A stretch of DNA of 52,857 nt from an uncultured Akkermansia sp. GTDB lineage: Bacteria; Verrucomicrobiota; Kiritimatiellia; RFP12; JAAYNR01. The position numbers and the translations under genes are program-made. Under the pieces are notes generated by a model. It saw nothing but the letters and a program-made list of their open reading frames with translations, ran no database searches and was not told where the DNA came from. The DNA lies in assembly GCA_964580075.1 (NCBI GenBank), contig CAZOJL010000005.1:8013-60869 (forward strand), read 5' to 3'. Below, piece after piece: positions 27,365 to 38,901 of the stretch (position 1 is its first letter; each line of letters starts with the position of its first letter).

Positions 27365-29593
27365 CTAGAAGCCAAAGTCCTCGCTGACATCGGATAGTCC
27401 GAACCGGTTTTCCATCCCGATCAGCGTGAGCATCAACCCGATCTTGAAGTTGGCGCCGCTGGTCACGCCATTGACGTCGGTCCATTCCGGCTCGTAGCCC
27501 GTGCGGAGTTGGAACGCCATACAGTCGAGGCTGTACTGGACGTAGCCCGCGATTTCCTGCAGCCGCGACTGCTCGATCTCGTAGCGCACATCCGCTCCGA
27601 CCGACCACACGGTATTGAAGGTGTGTTTGACGCCTCCGTAAAGTACGTGCGCGACCGGCTCTCTGACCCACCACGCGCCAAACGGGCTGAGTGTCAGATT
27701 CTTGCGGTAGAACTGTCCGCCGCTCACCTCCCAGTTGTGCGTCCGCCAGAAAAACGCGTTATCCGCCAGCCGGAGCTCGTTGTCCTCGGGATCAAACTCG
27801 ACGGTCGAACGGAAGCGGAGATTCGGCTGTGGCGTCACCTCCAGCATCCCGCCGATGATCCGCACGCCCTGCGGCTCGCGATAATCGCCGAAGGAATAGG
27901 CGGAGTAGAGGTCGGACTCGACGACCGTCCGATGCTGCCCGGCGGCCCCGCCCACCTGCAGCGTGTTGCGCACGCCGAAACGGACGCCGTGCCATTGACG
28001 GGGCAGCGGGAGGCCGTCAAAACCGAACCCATCCCGCCATTCGAGCGCGGCGTCATACCGATCAAACACATACGGTTCGCCATCCTCCAGGTCGTGCGGA
28101 CGGGGCATCCAACTGTAGTCCAGATAGGGCTCGATCACATGCCGGTAATCGCCAAAAGTGCCGTATCCTTTGAGCGAGGCTTCGGCGCCCAGTTCGAACA
28201 GGTTCCTGACTTTCCCTGAATCCTCAACCCGCGCCTGCCGGTAGAACGTGCCGCGGTAGCCGGCCCGCGGCACGACCCGGACCAGATCCGCCACCCAGAA
28301 CGGCACGGAGAGGCGGTGGGCGGTGTCGACGCGGGCGGTCGCGTACTCGGGCGGCCTCGGCCCCACGATCGGATCACGGGGTGCGGTCTGCTTGCGGAGA
28401 TATCCGGCGCGGCTCTGCGATTCATAATAGAGACCGGGAATCAGCGGTTGCGGCATGATGTTCAGCCACGCCTCCGGCAGGCGCTGCACACCGTCGTAGA
28501 ATTCATCCAGCGGTCCTGAGATCGTCACGCCTCCCGCGCCAGCCGCTTCACGATGCGTATAGGACAGGACGTTGTCCGGCTGGACGGAACGCCGGTACTC
28601 CGGATTGAAGAACGCCTCCCGCAATTCGGGATCGCTCACGATCTGACCTTTCACGAAGATGCGGTCTTTCGGCGTCAAGTCGGCCTCGTGCTCGAGCGCG
28701 ATCCGGCTGCGGTCGCTCTTGGCGTCGACCCCGGGGAACAGGCGCAACTCATCGGGGTCCCGATCATCGGCATAATAGAGTTCGATCCGGCCTTTGCCGG
28801 TGGCGCCCAAGTCCCATGCAAAGTCATGCCCGAGGCCGATCCCGCGCGCGCTGCGGTAGTCTACCCGCAACTGCCCGGTCACATGCACACCCTCCGGGGC
28901 GCGAAAATAGGGATAGACGTAGCGGCCCAGGGCGAATACACCCCAGTCCGACGTGTAACCCGGCAGGAGGCGCACGCCATAGTGCGTGTCGAGGGCGCGG
29001 TACCAGTACGGGACGTAGGCTACCGGCACGCCCATGAACCAGACTGCTCCATGCCGGGCGGACAGATAACGACCGGGCTGATAGTTGACCGCGCCGGTCG
29101 ACAGATGCCAGTGCCAGAAATCCGGGGCGTTCGTACAGGTGGTCATCGCCACGTCGCGGAACACGATTTTTCCGTCGGGTTGCCGTTCACTGCTGGCGGC
29201 CTTCACAGTGAAGCGTCCGGCCTTGACCTGGCTCGTATCGACGAGCCCAGCCCCGGTCCGGTGGTTGAAGACCATCCGCTCCCCCGTCCACTCCCCGAGG
29301 CCGGGCCGCGACAGCCGCACATCGCCGACGGCTTGCACGTCCCCTGTGCGCTGGTTGAGGATGATCTGATCGGCATGGACGACCATCGTCGAATTGCTGA
29401 TCGTCACATCACCCGTGCCGGTCCAGACGCCAGTCTGGTTGTCCATATCGTGTTTCAGAGCCGTGACGGTGATCGGTTCATCCGGATCGACAAACCCCAA
29501 CTTCTCGGCGGCATCCTGAATCCGCGTCTGCGCCCCGACGTGACCCGCTGTGGCCAGTGCAAGCAGAATCGTCCCCACAATCGTGATTTTCAT
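27365..29593 (-). CDS. lptD: LPS-assembly protein LptD (OstA family)
   Basis: Signal peptide, N-terminal beta-jellyroll-like region, TTC motif, GVPVAYVPY, PGYTSDWG, beta-barrel-like C-terminus. Confidence 0.8.
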   Translation of the reverse strand: MKITIVGTILLALATAGHVGAQTRIQDAAEKLGFVDPDEPITVTALKHDMDNQTGVWTGTGDVTISNSTMVVHADQIILNQRTGDVQAVGDVRLSRPGLGEWTGERMVFNHRTGAGLVDTSQVKAGRFTVKAASSERQPDGKIVFRDVAMTTCTNAPDFWHWHLSTGAVNYQPGRYLSARHGAVWFMGVPVAYVPYWYRALDTHYGVRLLPGYTSDWGVFALGRYVYPYFRAPEGVHVTGQLRVDYRSARGIGLGHDFAWDLGATGKGRIELYYADDRDPDELRLFPGVDAKSDRSRIALEHEADLTPKDRIFVKGQIVSDPELREAFFNPEYRRSVQPDNVLSYTHREAAGAGGVTISGPLDEFYDGVQRLPEAWLNIMPQPLIPGLYYESQSRAGYLRKQTAPRDPIVGPRPPEYATARVDTAHRLSVPFWVADLVRVVPRAGYRGTFYRQARVEDSGKVRNLFELGAEASLKGYGTFGDYRHVIEPYLDYSWMPRPHDLEDGEPYVFDRYDAALEWRDGFGFDGLPLPRQWHGVRFGVRNTLQVGGAAGQHRTVVESDLYSAYSFGDYREPQGVRIIGGMLEVTPQPNLRFRSTVEFDPEDNELRLADNAFFWRTHNWEVSGGQFYRKNLTLSPFGAWWVREPVAHVLYGGVKHTFNTVWSVGADVRYEIEQSRLQEIAGYVQYSLDCMAFQLRTGYEPEWTDVNGVTSGANFKIGLMLTLIGMENRFGLSDVSEDFGF

Positions 29594-29626
29594 AGGCACC
29601 CCTGAACGTCAGGCGTTCGTTTGGCG

Positions 29627-31222
29627 TTAGTTGGACTTCGAGTCACCGATAGAATACACGACTTTCCCCGTGTTTGTCTCTAAAATCTGAAATGATTCTG
29701 GATGACGGTACGGTTCCGATCGGAAGGTCACCTTGCCGGGGTAGTTGCTTTGGAGCTGCACCAGCATCGCTTCGTCGGTCGAGCGGAGGCGGTCCAAAAC
29801 GAGCGGGGCGATCAACACCTGCAAATCGCAAGCGTTCCCATCCTTGCGATTTTTGCGCATCACGGCGGCAATCTGCCGTTGGATGTCGACACTGAGCGAA
29901 AGCGGCGACTTGATCACGCCGTGCCCCCGGCAGTAAGGGCAGTCGATGTACGTCTGCGAGAGGAGGCTCTCTTCCTGGCGCTGACGGGTCATTTCCATCA
30001 GCCCGAGTTCGGAGATCGGCAGGACGTTGGTGCGGGCTCGATCGCGTTTCAGCGCGGCCTTCATCGTCTTGAAGACCGCAGCCTGATGCTTGCGCGGCTT
30101 CATATCGATCAGGTCGACCACCACCAAACCGCCGATGTTACGCAAACGGAGCTGCCGGGCTACTTCTTCCACGGCCTCCATATTGACATCAAGAATCGCC
30201 TCCTCCTGGGACCCCCTGCCGCGGTGGCGGCCGGTGTTGACATCGATCGCGATCATCGCCTCGGTCTCGTCGATCACCAGATGCCCGCCCGATTTGAGCG
30301 CGACTTTGCGTCGAAAGGCATCATCAAGCTGCCGTGCCACGCCGTAATGCTCAAAGATGGGCAACTGCCCCTCGTAATGGGCGATCATTCCCTTGGCCCG
30401 GCGCGAGATGCGGGCGGCCATTACGCGGATGCGCTCATAGTCATCGGCATCGTCGATCACCACCCGGTCAATCTCTTCGGTGAGCCAGTCGCGGACGATT
30501 CGTTCGATCAGGTCGGGTTCCTGATAGACGCAGCACGGTCCGGGCTTCTCCTTGATATTCTTCTGCAGGTCCTCCCAGACGGCCAGCAGACCGCGCAGGT
30601 CCCGGACGAAGGCCCGCTTGCTGGTGCCCGCTCCGGCGGTTCGCACGATCAGTCCGGTCTCGGCGGGGAGCGGCAACCGGTCCAGTATCCGCTTCAGCCT
30701 CTGGCGCTCCTTGCTGTCGCCGATCTTACGCGACACGCCCCGCAGTTTGCAGCCGGGCATCATCACCAGATACCGTCCCGGAATGCTCAGGTTGGCCGAC
30801 ACCCGCGGCCCCTTGGTGCCGATCGGCCCTTTGGTCACCTGGACGATCACCTCGGATCCCTGCGGGAAGCGTTTGGCGATCTCGTCACTCGAAATGCGCC
30901 GTTTGCGCGAGCGGTTGGAATCGTCGTCGTCATCCAGGAGCCCTTCGTCATCCGGGATCATATCCCAATAGTGCAGAAACGCGTTCTTCTTGAGGCCGAT
31001 ATCGACAAACGCGGCCTGAAGCTCATTCTCCAGATTCTGGATTCGTCCCTTGTAAATACTGCCGACGAGCCGATCCTCCATCGGATGCTCGACCTGAAAC
31101 TCCTCGATGTGGCCGTTCTCCACCACCGCCACCCGCGTCTCCAACTTTTCAGCGTTAACGATAATCTCGCGTTTCGGCTCCTTGCGCCGAAACCAACTGA
31201 ACACGATATCCAAGCCTCCCAT
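29627..31222 (-). CDS. rng: Ribonuclease E/G family (RNase G-like)
   Basis: GSIYKGRI..LQAAFVDIG S1 domain, IDVNTG, LRLRNIGG..VVD.IDM, CPYC Zn-link; syntenic with mre genes. Confidence 0.9.
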   Translation of the reverse strand: MGGLDIVFSWFRRKEPKREIIVNAEKLETRVAVVENGHIEEFQVEHPMEDRLVGSIYKGRIQNLENELQAAFVDIGLKKNAFLHYWDMIPDDEGLLDDDDDSNRSRKRRISSDEIAKRFPQGSEVIVQVTKGPIGTKGPRVSANLSIPGRYLVMMPGCKLRGVSRKIGDSKERQRLKRILDRLPLPAETGLIVRTAGAGTSKRAFVRDLRGLLAVWEDLQKNIKEKPGPCCVYQEPDLIERIVRDWLTEEIDRVVIDDADDYERIRVMAARISRRAKGMIAHYEGQLPIFEHYGVARQLDDAFRRKVALKSGGHLVIDETEAMIAIDVNTGRHRGRGSQEEAILDVNMEAVEEVARQLRLRNIGGLVVVDLIDMKPRKHQAAVFKTMKAALKRDRARTNVLPISELGLMEMTRQRQEESLLSQTYIDCPYCRGHGVIKSPLSLSVDIQRQIAAVMRKNRKDGNACDLQVLIAPLVLDRLRSTDEAMLVQLQSNYPGKVTFRSEPYRHPESFQILETNTGKVVYSIGDSKSN

Positions 31223-31240
31223 GTGCCTCTCTTCCCGCCA

Positions 31241-32422
31241 CTAAAATCGTGGCGCTGTTTCACGACCGTGGACAGCCACACTCTGGACCAGTCCGTAAGC
31301 GGTCATCATTGTTAATAAAAAGGTTCTGCCGGAGCTGATGAACGGCAGCGGCAGACCGGTCACGGGCAAGAGCCCGACGGTCATGCCGATATTCACAAAC
31401 TGGTGACAGAACGTCACCGTCGCAACTCCGACGCAAAGCAAACGCCCCGCGCCGTCCTGACATCCGTACGCCACCGCCAACGTCGGGAAGAGAATCCCGG
31501 CCGCCAGCAGCAGCACGATCATGGAGCCTACAAACCCCGTCTCCTCGGCAAGCACCGAAAAGATGAAGTCGTTGCTCGCGACGGAAGCGGGCAGATAGCC
31601 CAGCAGGTTTTGATCTCCCTTCAGATAGCCCTTTCCCCAGAAGCCGCCCGAACCGACGGCGATTTCAGATTGCCTTTTGTTCCAACCGCGCCCGAACAGG
31701 TCGCGATCCGGATACAAAAACACCACCAGCCGGTCACGCTGATAGGCGCTCAACGGCACGATCTTCCGGATCCGCTCGCGTGTCGGCGGCGAAACACCTT
31801 CGCGTTCCGAAGCCAGGAGCAGTCCCAAGAGCAAAATCACGGTGAACACCGCGACACCGACCGTGGCGCAAACCACACGCGGTGAAACCCGCGCCACGAA
31901 GAGCATCGCAAAAACGGTCGGCAGGAAAACCAGGGCGGTCCCCAGATCGGGCTGCAACAGGATCAGCGCCATCGGGGCCGCCGTCAACGCCAGCACCGTC
32001 ACATACATTCCCGTGCCCTTCGACGCCTCGCGGCGTCCGAGCAATTCGGCCACGACCAGAATGAGGGCGAGCTTGGCCAGTTCCGAGGGTTGAATCCCCG
32101 CAAACCAGCGCCGCGCCCCCATGGTCTTGTCACCCATCAACAGCGTCAGCGCCAACAGGCACAACGCCCCCGCATAAAACAGCCAGCTCGCCCGCAGCAG
32201 CACCTGGTAGTTCACGTAGGCCAGTCCAATGCAGATCAGCAACCCGACCGCGCCCATCTGCGCGTGGAGCAGGTAGAGGCGCCGCAAGGCGTCGGCCTCC
32301 CGGATCGAGCTCGCGCTGTATACAAATGCAACCCCCACCAGGAGCGCGCCGATGATCGACACCAGCAGCGTCACGTTCAAACGCAACGCCCAGGCAAATG
32401 GAGCCGTTGTGCTGGAGTTCAT
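31241..32422 (-). CDS. rodA: Rod shape-determining SEDS glycosyltransferase RodA
   Basis: GARRW, IQPSELAK, QPDLGT, QSEIAVGSGG, DFIFS..AEE.G, G.PLPFIS. Confidence 0.93.
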   Translation of the reverse strand: MNSSTTAPFAWALRLNVTLLVSIIGALLVGVAFVYSASSIREADALRRLYLLHAQMGAVGLLICIGLAYVNYQVLLRASWLFYAGALCLLALTLLMGDKTMGARRWFAGIQPSELAKLALILVVAELLGRREASKGTGMYVTVLALTAAPMALILLQPDLGTALVFLPTVFAMLFVARVSPRVVCATVGVAVFTVILLLGLLLASEREGVSPPTRERIRKIVPLSAYQRDRLVVFLYPDRDLFGRGWNKRQSEIAVGSGGFWGKGYLKGDQNLLGYLPASVASNDFIFSVLAEETGFVGSMIVLLLAAGILFPTLAVAYGCQDGAGRLLCVGVATVTFCHQFVNIGMTVGLLPVTGLPLPFISSGRTFLLTMMTAYGLVQSVAVHGRETAPRF

Positions 32423-34341
32423 ACCCGCCCCCCGGTTGTCGCCCCGGTTGTCGGGGGCATGCGTGAGCGGTGATCGGTGGCCGTCACGGGGATTTCCATT
32501 CGCCCCGCTCGGTGCTGGGTGGTGTCGCGTCTCGCTTCCCCGCCCGCTTCGGGGAGCTTCTCCTCGGCTTCGCCGAAGATGGCGGACAGCACCCGGCGCA
32601 CGACCGGGCCAGCCGCCGTGCCGCCCGCATCTGCTGCGTCTTCAATCACAACGGCCAGCGCCACCATCGGGTTCTCGGTCGGCGCATAGGCGATCATCCA
32701 GGCGTATTTCTTCAGCCGCACACCGGTCCCGTACTCGGCCGTCCCGGTTTTTGCGGCCACGGCCACCGCGCTGCCGCGCGCCTGGCGCGCGGTGCCGTGG
32801 GTCACCGCATCCTCCATGCCTTGCCGCACGATGGCAATCTGCTCCGGCTGCCACAGGACGGTCCGCACCACGCTACCGCCCTGTGCCTCGGATTGCACAA
32901 TGCGCGGACGCAACACCCGTCCGCCGTTGGCGATCGCCGCCGTGGCCACGGCCATCTGCAGCGGGGACACGAGTAGGTCTCCCTGGCCGATGCTCATCAG
33001 GCAGGTGTCGCCCAACCGCCACCTGTCGCCGTAAACCGCCCGCTTGCGCGCTTCGTCCGGCACCAGCCCCGCGTCCTCGCCCGGCAGATCAATCCCGGTG
33101 ACGGCGCCCAAACCCAACGCCTGCGCCATCCGCCGGATCGGTTCGGCGCCGATGTGCGCGGCCGTCTGGCAGAAATAGCCGTTGCATGAGACCTGCAACG
33201 CCTGTCGCAAGTCCACCTCGCCGTGATGCGCATTGTGGGAGCAGCGGATCGACCGCGGATTTAAATCATAGACGCCGTTACACAGGTACGTGTCGGCGGA
33301 TGAGAAAAGGCCTTCACCCATCGCCGCGAGCGCGACAATCACCTTGAAGGTGCTCCCGGGCGGATAGCGACCCTGAACCGCGCGGTTGAACAGGATGTCG
33401 CCCGGATCGCGCTGGATCGCGGCCCAGCGCGCCCGGGTCGGCGCGGGAGTCATCTCGTTGGGGTCGAACGTCGGCGCGCTCGCCAACGCCAGCACGTCGC
33501 CGTTACGCACGTCCAGCACGACCCCCGCCCCGACCTGGCCCGCGAGCGCACGCTCGAGTTCGCGCTGCACGGCGCTGTCGAGCGTCAGATTCATATCCCG
33601 GCCCGGCTTGGGATCCGTTCCCTCCAGTTCCAGCCGCCGGTAGCCCGACACGTCCACCCGGATCAACCGGCATCCCGGAACCCCTTCCAGCACGGTGTTA
33701 TACTGCGCCTCGATCCCCGAACGCCCGTACATCCCGAGCAGCACAAAATGGTAACGCTCGTCGTTCGCAGGCTCGGGCATCTCCCGACCGGCGTAACCGA
33801 GCACATGTGCCGCCAGCGAGCCCTGCGGATACACCCGTTCCGGCCGGACATGCACATCCAGACCCGGCGCAGCCGAAACCCGCTCCTCAAACCGGGCCAG
33901 TGTCTGCTCGTCCACGTGCTGCCAGACGGGCAGCGGCAGCGGCAGGCGCTTGCGCACGTGAACCGTGATCGCCTCGCGCGTCAGCGTGCGCGGTTGCCCG
34001 ATGATGCCCGCCACTTCGTCAATCCGCGCCTCGACCGCGTCAATCGTGTTCTCCCAGCCGCCGGGACGGCGCAGTTCCTCGATGAACACGGCCAGACACG
34101 GGTTCGGCCGGTTGTCGGCAAGGCACACGCCACGACGATCGTAGATCTTGCCGCGCGGGCTGGGAAGCAACACCCGCCGGATGCTCTGGCGGTTCTGATG
34201 CCCGGCAAAAGCCGAGGCCCGCGTGACCTGCACATCGTGCAGACGCCACCCGAGGATCCCGATCCCCCCGGCAAACACGATTCCCAGCAACGGGATCCGC
34301 CAGCCGTCAAACGTTTGCGTTGTGCCACGGAACTCCATCAC
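32419..34341 (-). CDS. mrdA: Penicillin-binding protein 2
   Basis: RGKIYDR.G, SxxK (STFK), SxN (SCN), KTGT; within the mre operon. Confidence 0.93.
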   Translation of the reverse strand: MMEFRGTTQTFDGWRIPLLGIVFAGGIGILGWRLHDVQVTRASAFAGHQNRQSIRRVLLPSPRGKIYDRRGVCLADNRPNPCLAVFIEELRRPGGWENTIDAVEARIDEVAGIIGQPRTLTREAITVHVRKRLPLPLPVWQHVDEQTLARFEERVSAAPGLDVHVRPERVYPQGSLAAHVLGYAGREMPEPANDERYHFVLLGMYGRSGIEAQYNTVLEGVPGCRLIRVDVSGYRRLELEGTDPKPGRDMNLTLDSAVQRELERALAGQVGAGVVLDVRNGDVLALASAPTFDPNEMTPAPTRARWAAIQRDPGDILFNRAVQGRYPPGSTFKVIVALAAMGEGLFSSADTYLCNGVYDLNPRSIRCSHNAHHGEVDLRQALQVSCNGYFCQTAAHIGAEPIRRMAQALGLGAVTGIDLPGEDAGLVPDEARKRAVYGDRWRLGDTCLMSIGQGDLLVSPLQMAVATAAIANGGRVLRPRIVQSEAQGGSVVRTVLWQPEQIAIVRQGMEDAVTHGTARQARGSAVAVAAKTGTAEYGTGVRLKKYAWMIAYAPTENPMVALAVVIEDAADAGGTAAGPVVRRVLSAIFGEAEEKLPEAGGEARRDTTQHRAGRMEIPVTATDHRSRMPPTTGATTGGRV

Positions 34342-34831
34342 CCTGTTCCGCTCCTTTCACGTTTCCGGCCAGGCCGTCAAGCCACCCGCACACAGCAAAA
34401 ACAACCCATCCCACGATCGCTCCCACGGCGGCCGCAGGGGCTAGTCCCTGAATACAGTCATCCCCGCGGATGCCGCCCACGGCCACGGCGTACCACACCG
34501 TCTGCGCCGGCGCCGCGACCGCCATGATCGCCATCCCCCGCCAGAAGGTTTCCCCCGAAAAGGAGCGCCGCACATAGCGAATCAGACCGCAGAGGACCAG
34601 CAACCAGACCGTCGTCACGGGGAACGGAAAGCCGCTGCAGACGTCGGTGAGCGCGCCGATCCAGAGCGCCGCGGTCATCGCCAACGACATCTCGCGCGAC
34701 AGGGCGTAATAAGCGGCGACGGCCGTGAGCAGCGGCGGCTTCATCGCCAACCAGCTTGCGGTCGGCAGCACCGTCTGGACGGCGCCGGCCGCCACGGTCA
34801 ACGACAGCAGAACGGGGAGGTCCAGCCTCAT
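34307..34831 (-). CDS. mreD: Rod shape-determining protein MreD
   Basis: Hydrophobic 174-aa protein with a G...D motif, between mreC and mrdA. Confidence 0.75.
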   Translation of the reverse strand: MRLDLPVLLSLTVAAGAVQTVLPTASWLAMKPPLLTAVAAYYALSREMSLAMTAALWIGALTDVCSGFPFPVTTVWLLVLCGLIRYVRRSFSGETFWRGMAIMAVAAPAQTVWYAVAVGGIRGDDCIQGLAPAAAVGAIVGWVVFAVCGWLDGLAGNVKGAEQGDGVPWHNANV

Positions 34832-35682
34832 AGGACTCCCCTTTCAGCGACGAGAACCATCACCTCGTCAAGCAAACCGACGTCTGCCGCCGGCATCACT
34901 GCCGCCTCGCGGTAGAGACCGTCGGCCGTGACGCGCGTTTCCAGAAGATAGCCGACCGTCAGCCCGCGCGGAAAACCGCCTCCCAGTCCCGACGTGACCA
35001 CCCGTGTCTGCGGCGCCGGCTCGAAATCACGCCGCAGGTACCGCAGTCTCAGCGGATCGGCCACATAGACCATCTCCAGTATCGGGTTCCCGGGCGAACG
35101 CCCACCCGCACCGCACAATACCCCGCGCACGCCCCCCAGCTCCGGACGCCCCGTCTCCAACTCGCAGGCCACCCGGAAATTGGCGTCGGTGATCAGCAAC
35201 ACGTCGGCCGTGCGGGCCGAAACCGCCGTCACGCGACCGACCAGCCCCGCCGCGACAACCACCGGGTCGCCTGGCGCGATCCCGTGATCAGCCCCCTTGC
35301 CGACCACCAGGAAACCCCACCAGCCGACCGCGCCGCCGCGTTCCAGGACTGGACATGCCACCGCCCTGATTCCCGGCTGCGGCTGCAGCGACAGCATCTC
35401 CCGCAGCCGGCTGTTTTCCTGCGCCACACGCTCCAATTCACCTTCAACCAGACGGAGCCGGCCCACCTCGCGCTGCAATTCCGAGACACGCGCCGAAAGG
35501 TCGATACGGGAAAACACGACGGCCACGCGCGTGATCACCTGGCGGCGGAATAGAACAACAAACCGCTGATACGGGGAAAGCGACTCCCGCGCGGCAGGGC
35601 GCAAAACAGCATGCACTCCCCCCGCCAGTAAACAAGCCAGGGAAAGCGCAAACACAAGCCACACTTTTTTAGGCTTCACCAA
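34828..35682 (-). CDS. mreC: Rod shape-determining protein MreC
   Basis: ENSRLREML coiled coil, GLVGRV, VVTSGLGG.FP.GL.VG. Confidence 0.9.
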   Translation of the reverse strand: MVKPKKVWLVFALSLACLLAGGVHAVLRPAARESLSPYQRFVVLFRRQVITRVAVVFSRIDLSARVSELQREVGRLRLVEGELERVAQENSRLREMLSLQPQPGIRAVACPVLERGGAVGWWGFLVVGKGADHGIAPGDPVVVAAGLVGRVTAVSARTADVLLITDANFRVACELETGRPELGGVRGVLCGAGGRSPGNPILEMVYVADPLRLRYLRRDFEPAPQTRVVTSGLGGGFPRGLTVGYLLETRVTADGLYREAAVMPAADVGLLDEVMVLVAERGVL

Positions 35683-35755
35683 TCCGCCCCGTTAGCTCCT
35701 CTGAATCGGGGGGGAAGTCGGCCCGCACTCAAGATACTCGATACCCACGTCCTCG

Positions 35756-36889
<1,134 letters not shown>

Positions 36890-37022
36890 TCAAATGGACC
36901 GATTCGGAGGGTGCAGCCGGCGCGGAAACCGCCCCTCCCTGATCACCCCCACACACTCCCACACTCGCCTCCACGCTTTTCCTTTGGCATTCGCCCGTAT
37001 CTGTCGGCGCGGCGGGACGCCC

Positions 37023-37159
37023 AATGGCGCTAAGTTAAGGGACTTTTGGGATTCATAATCTTAATCTTAATCATAATCTTAATCATTCATAGAGAATGGA
37101 TTACGATTAAGATCACGATTACGATTAAGACGGGAAATCAGCCTTAACTTAGCACCATT
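37023..37159. mobile_element. 137-bp MITE with IS4-like ends, copy 2
   Basis: TIR AATGGCGCTAAGTTAAGG / CCTTAACTTAGCACCATT. 12-bp direct repeat CGGCGGGACGCC at 37010-37021 and 37160-37171. Confidence 0.88.
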
Positions 37160-37252
37160 CGGCGGGACGCCGCTGCCCTACCGGCGCTGCGCGCATTCAC
37201 CCACACACCCTCTCCAATCTCTCTCCCCGTGTCTCCGTGCCTCTGTGTTAAA

Positions 37253-37314
37253 ATTTCAGCTTTTCAGCTTTCAGTTTTCAGCTTTCAGTTTTCAGCTTTC
37301 AGTTTTCAGCTTTT
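37253..37314. repeat. Heptamer microsatellite (TTTCAGY)n
   Basis: About 8 tandem units, preceded by a CTCCGTG-type nonamer remnant. Confidence 0.85.
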
Positions 37315-37334
37315 CTCCACTCCCACACGTCCCC

Positions 37335-38900
37335 TCACCGAACCCATCCGAGCCGGTCGGCTTCCCGAAGCAGGCTGCGGGCCACCGGCAGCGCGGCTTC
37401 GGCGCCGAAGCCCCCCCGCTCGATGATCACGGTCACGACCAGCCGCGCCTCAACTTCGGGCGCGAAGCAGGTAAACCACGCATGGTCGTCCCCGCCGTCC
37501 GCTTCGGCTGTCCCCGTCTTGCCGCACACCGCCAACCCCGGGATGTCCGCACCGCGGCCGGTCCCCGACACGACGGCTTCACGCATCAGCGCAGCCACCG
37601 TTTCCGCGGCTGCCGGCGTGGTGATCCGATTCATCATCCGGGGTTCTTCCCGGGCGTCAAGCCGGGGCTGCCACAGCACCCCGCGTGCCGCGATCGCGCC
37701 GGTGAACATCGCCACATGCAACGGCGTCACCAGCAACGGCCCCTGCCCGATTGCCAATTGCGCGACCGCCGCGCGTTCCCCCCCCAATACCCGCGGCAGA
37801 TTGCCTTCGAGCGATCGGATGCCGCCATCCACCCCGGCGAAAACCGTCACCCGCTCGTTGAGGTGTGCGGACTCGGCGACAATGTTGAACCGCTCGGGAC
37901 CGCACGCGAGTCCCAACTGGGCAAAATAGACATTGGAGGAGTGGACGAACCCATCGCGCAGTCCGATCCGGCCGTACCCCGGCCAGCGCTTCCCCTGCCG
38001 CTCGTAAGCGCCATGGGCGCTGTCGCGAATCGGAGGGACGTTGGGCGCCGCGGCAAAACCAGCCCCCGGACAATCAAAAATAGGCGCGGTGTTCTGCGCC
38101 GCCGCCATGGCCGCAACCAGAATCTTGAAGGTCGAACCGGGGGGGTAGCGCCCGTGCAGCGCCCGGTTGAGCATCGGCGCGGCCTTGGGATCTCCCGCCG
38201 CCGGGACGGGGTCGCCGGGGTCGAATGCGGGCGAACTGGCCAGGACCAGAATCGCGCCGGTCTGCGGCTGCAATACCACCACCGCTCCACGCCGCCCGGC
38301 CAGGAGCTTGAAGGCCAGCTTCTGCAGCCGCGCATCGAGGGTCAGCACGAGATAAAGCCCCTCAGCCTGTTGGCGGTCGAGCAGGTTGCGGCCGAATTGC
38401 GCCCGCTCCCGCCGGGTGGTGATCCCGTAACCCGCGAGCAACGGATCGGCCGCGTGCTCCAACCCCGTGATCCCGTAGCGCGGATGGTAGTACCCGATCA
38501 CGTGGGCGGCAGCCGGCCCCAACGGATACGTTCTCCCCCATGGCTTGCCGGCAACCGCCGCAGCCAGCTTGATGCCGTTGCAGTCGTAGATCGTTCCGCG
38601 CTTCACCTGTCTTCCGGCCGCATCCGGCCGTTGATCGTAACGCCGCATAAAGCCGATGAATGCCGGCGCGCGGAAACCCGCGAGCTGCCAGCTCGCCTGA
38701 TACCCCAGCACACCCAGCAGCGCCGCCACCACCAGCAGTTTGAGCACGAAGAACGGACGCCAACTTCCGCCGGCCGGCCGCGGCGCCATCACGAAGGCGC
38801 CGCAGCAGACGGCGAGCAAGACGAACACCGACAGGCGCGTCAAGCGGACAATATCCGCACCGTGCCCGCCGTTCAGCAGCGCTGTGATCGCCTCAAGCAT
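37335..38900 (-). CDS. Second class B penicillin-binding protein (short, PbpA-like)
   Basis: RGTIYD, STFK, SSN, GKTGT motifs. ATG at 38900 lies 1 nt after the upstream stop. Confidence 0.85.
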   Translation of the reverse strand: MLEAITALLNGGHGADIVRLTRLSVFVLLAVCCGAFVMAPRPAGGSWRPFFVLKLLVVAALLGVLGYQASWQLAGFRAPAFIGFMRRYDQRPDAAGRQVKRGTIYDCNGIKLAAAVAGKPWGRTYPLGPAAAHVIGYYHPRYGITGLEHAADPLLAGYGITTRRERAQFGRNLLDRQQAEGLYLVLTLDARLQKLAFKLLAGRRGAVVVLQPQTGAILVLASSPAFDPGDPVPAAGDPKAAPMLNRALHGRYPPGSTFKILVAAMAAAQNTAPIFDCPGAGFAAAPNVPPIRDSAHGAYERQGKRWPGYGRIGLRDGFVHSSNVYFAQLGLACGPERFNIVAESAHLNERVTVFAGVDGGIRSLEGNLPRVLGGERAAVAQLAIGQGPLLVTPLHVAMFTGAIAARGVLWQPRLDAREEPRMMNRITTPAAAETVAALMREAVVSGTGRGADIPGLAVCGKTGTAEADGGDDHAWFTCFAPEVEARLVVTVIIERGGFGAEAALPVARSLLREADRLGWVR

Positions 38901-38901
38901 C

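Noticed and set aside
29702-31315. Long antisense ORF (537 aa), and similar ones at 37245-38936, 49112-51214, 15784-17118, 16944-18299, 24018-25439
   Set aside because: They are shadow frames of well-supported genes in high-GC DNA and show no recognisable motifs.
37153-37164. CACCATTCGGCG as a sixth copy of the core motif
   Set aside because: It is formed by the junction of a MITE TIR and its target duplication, so it is probably coincidental.
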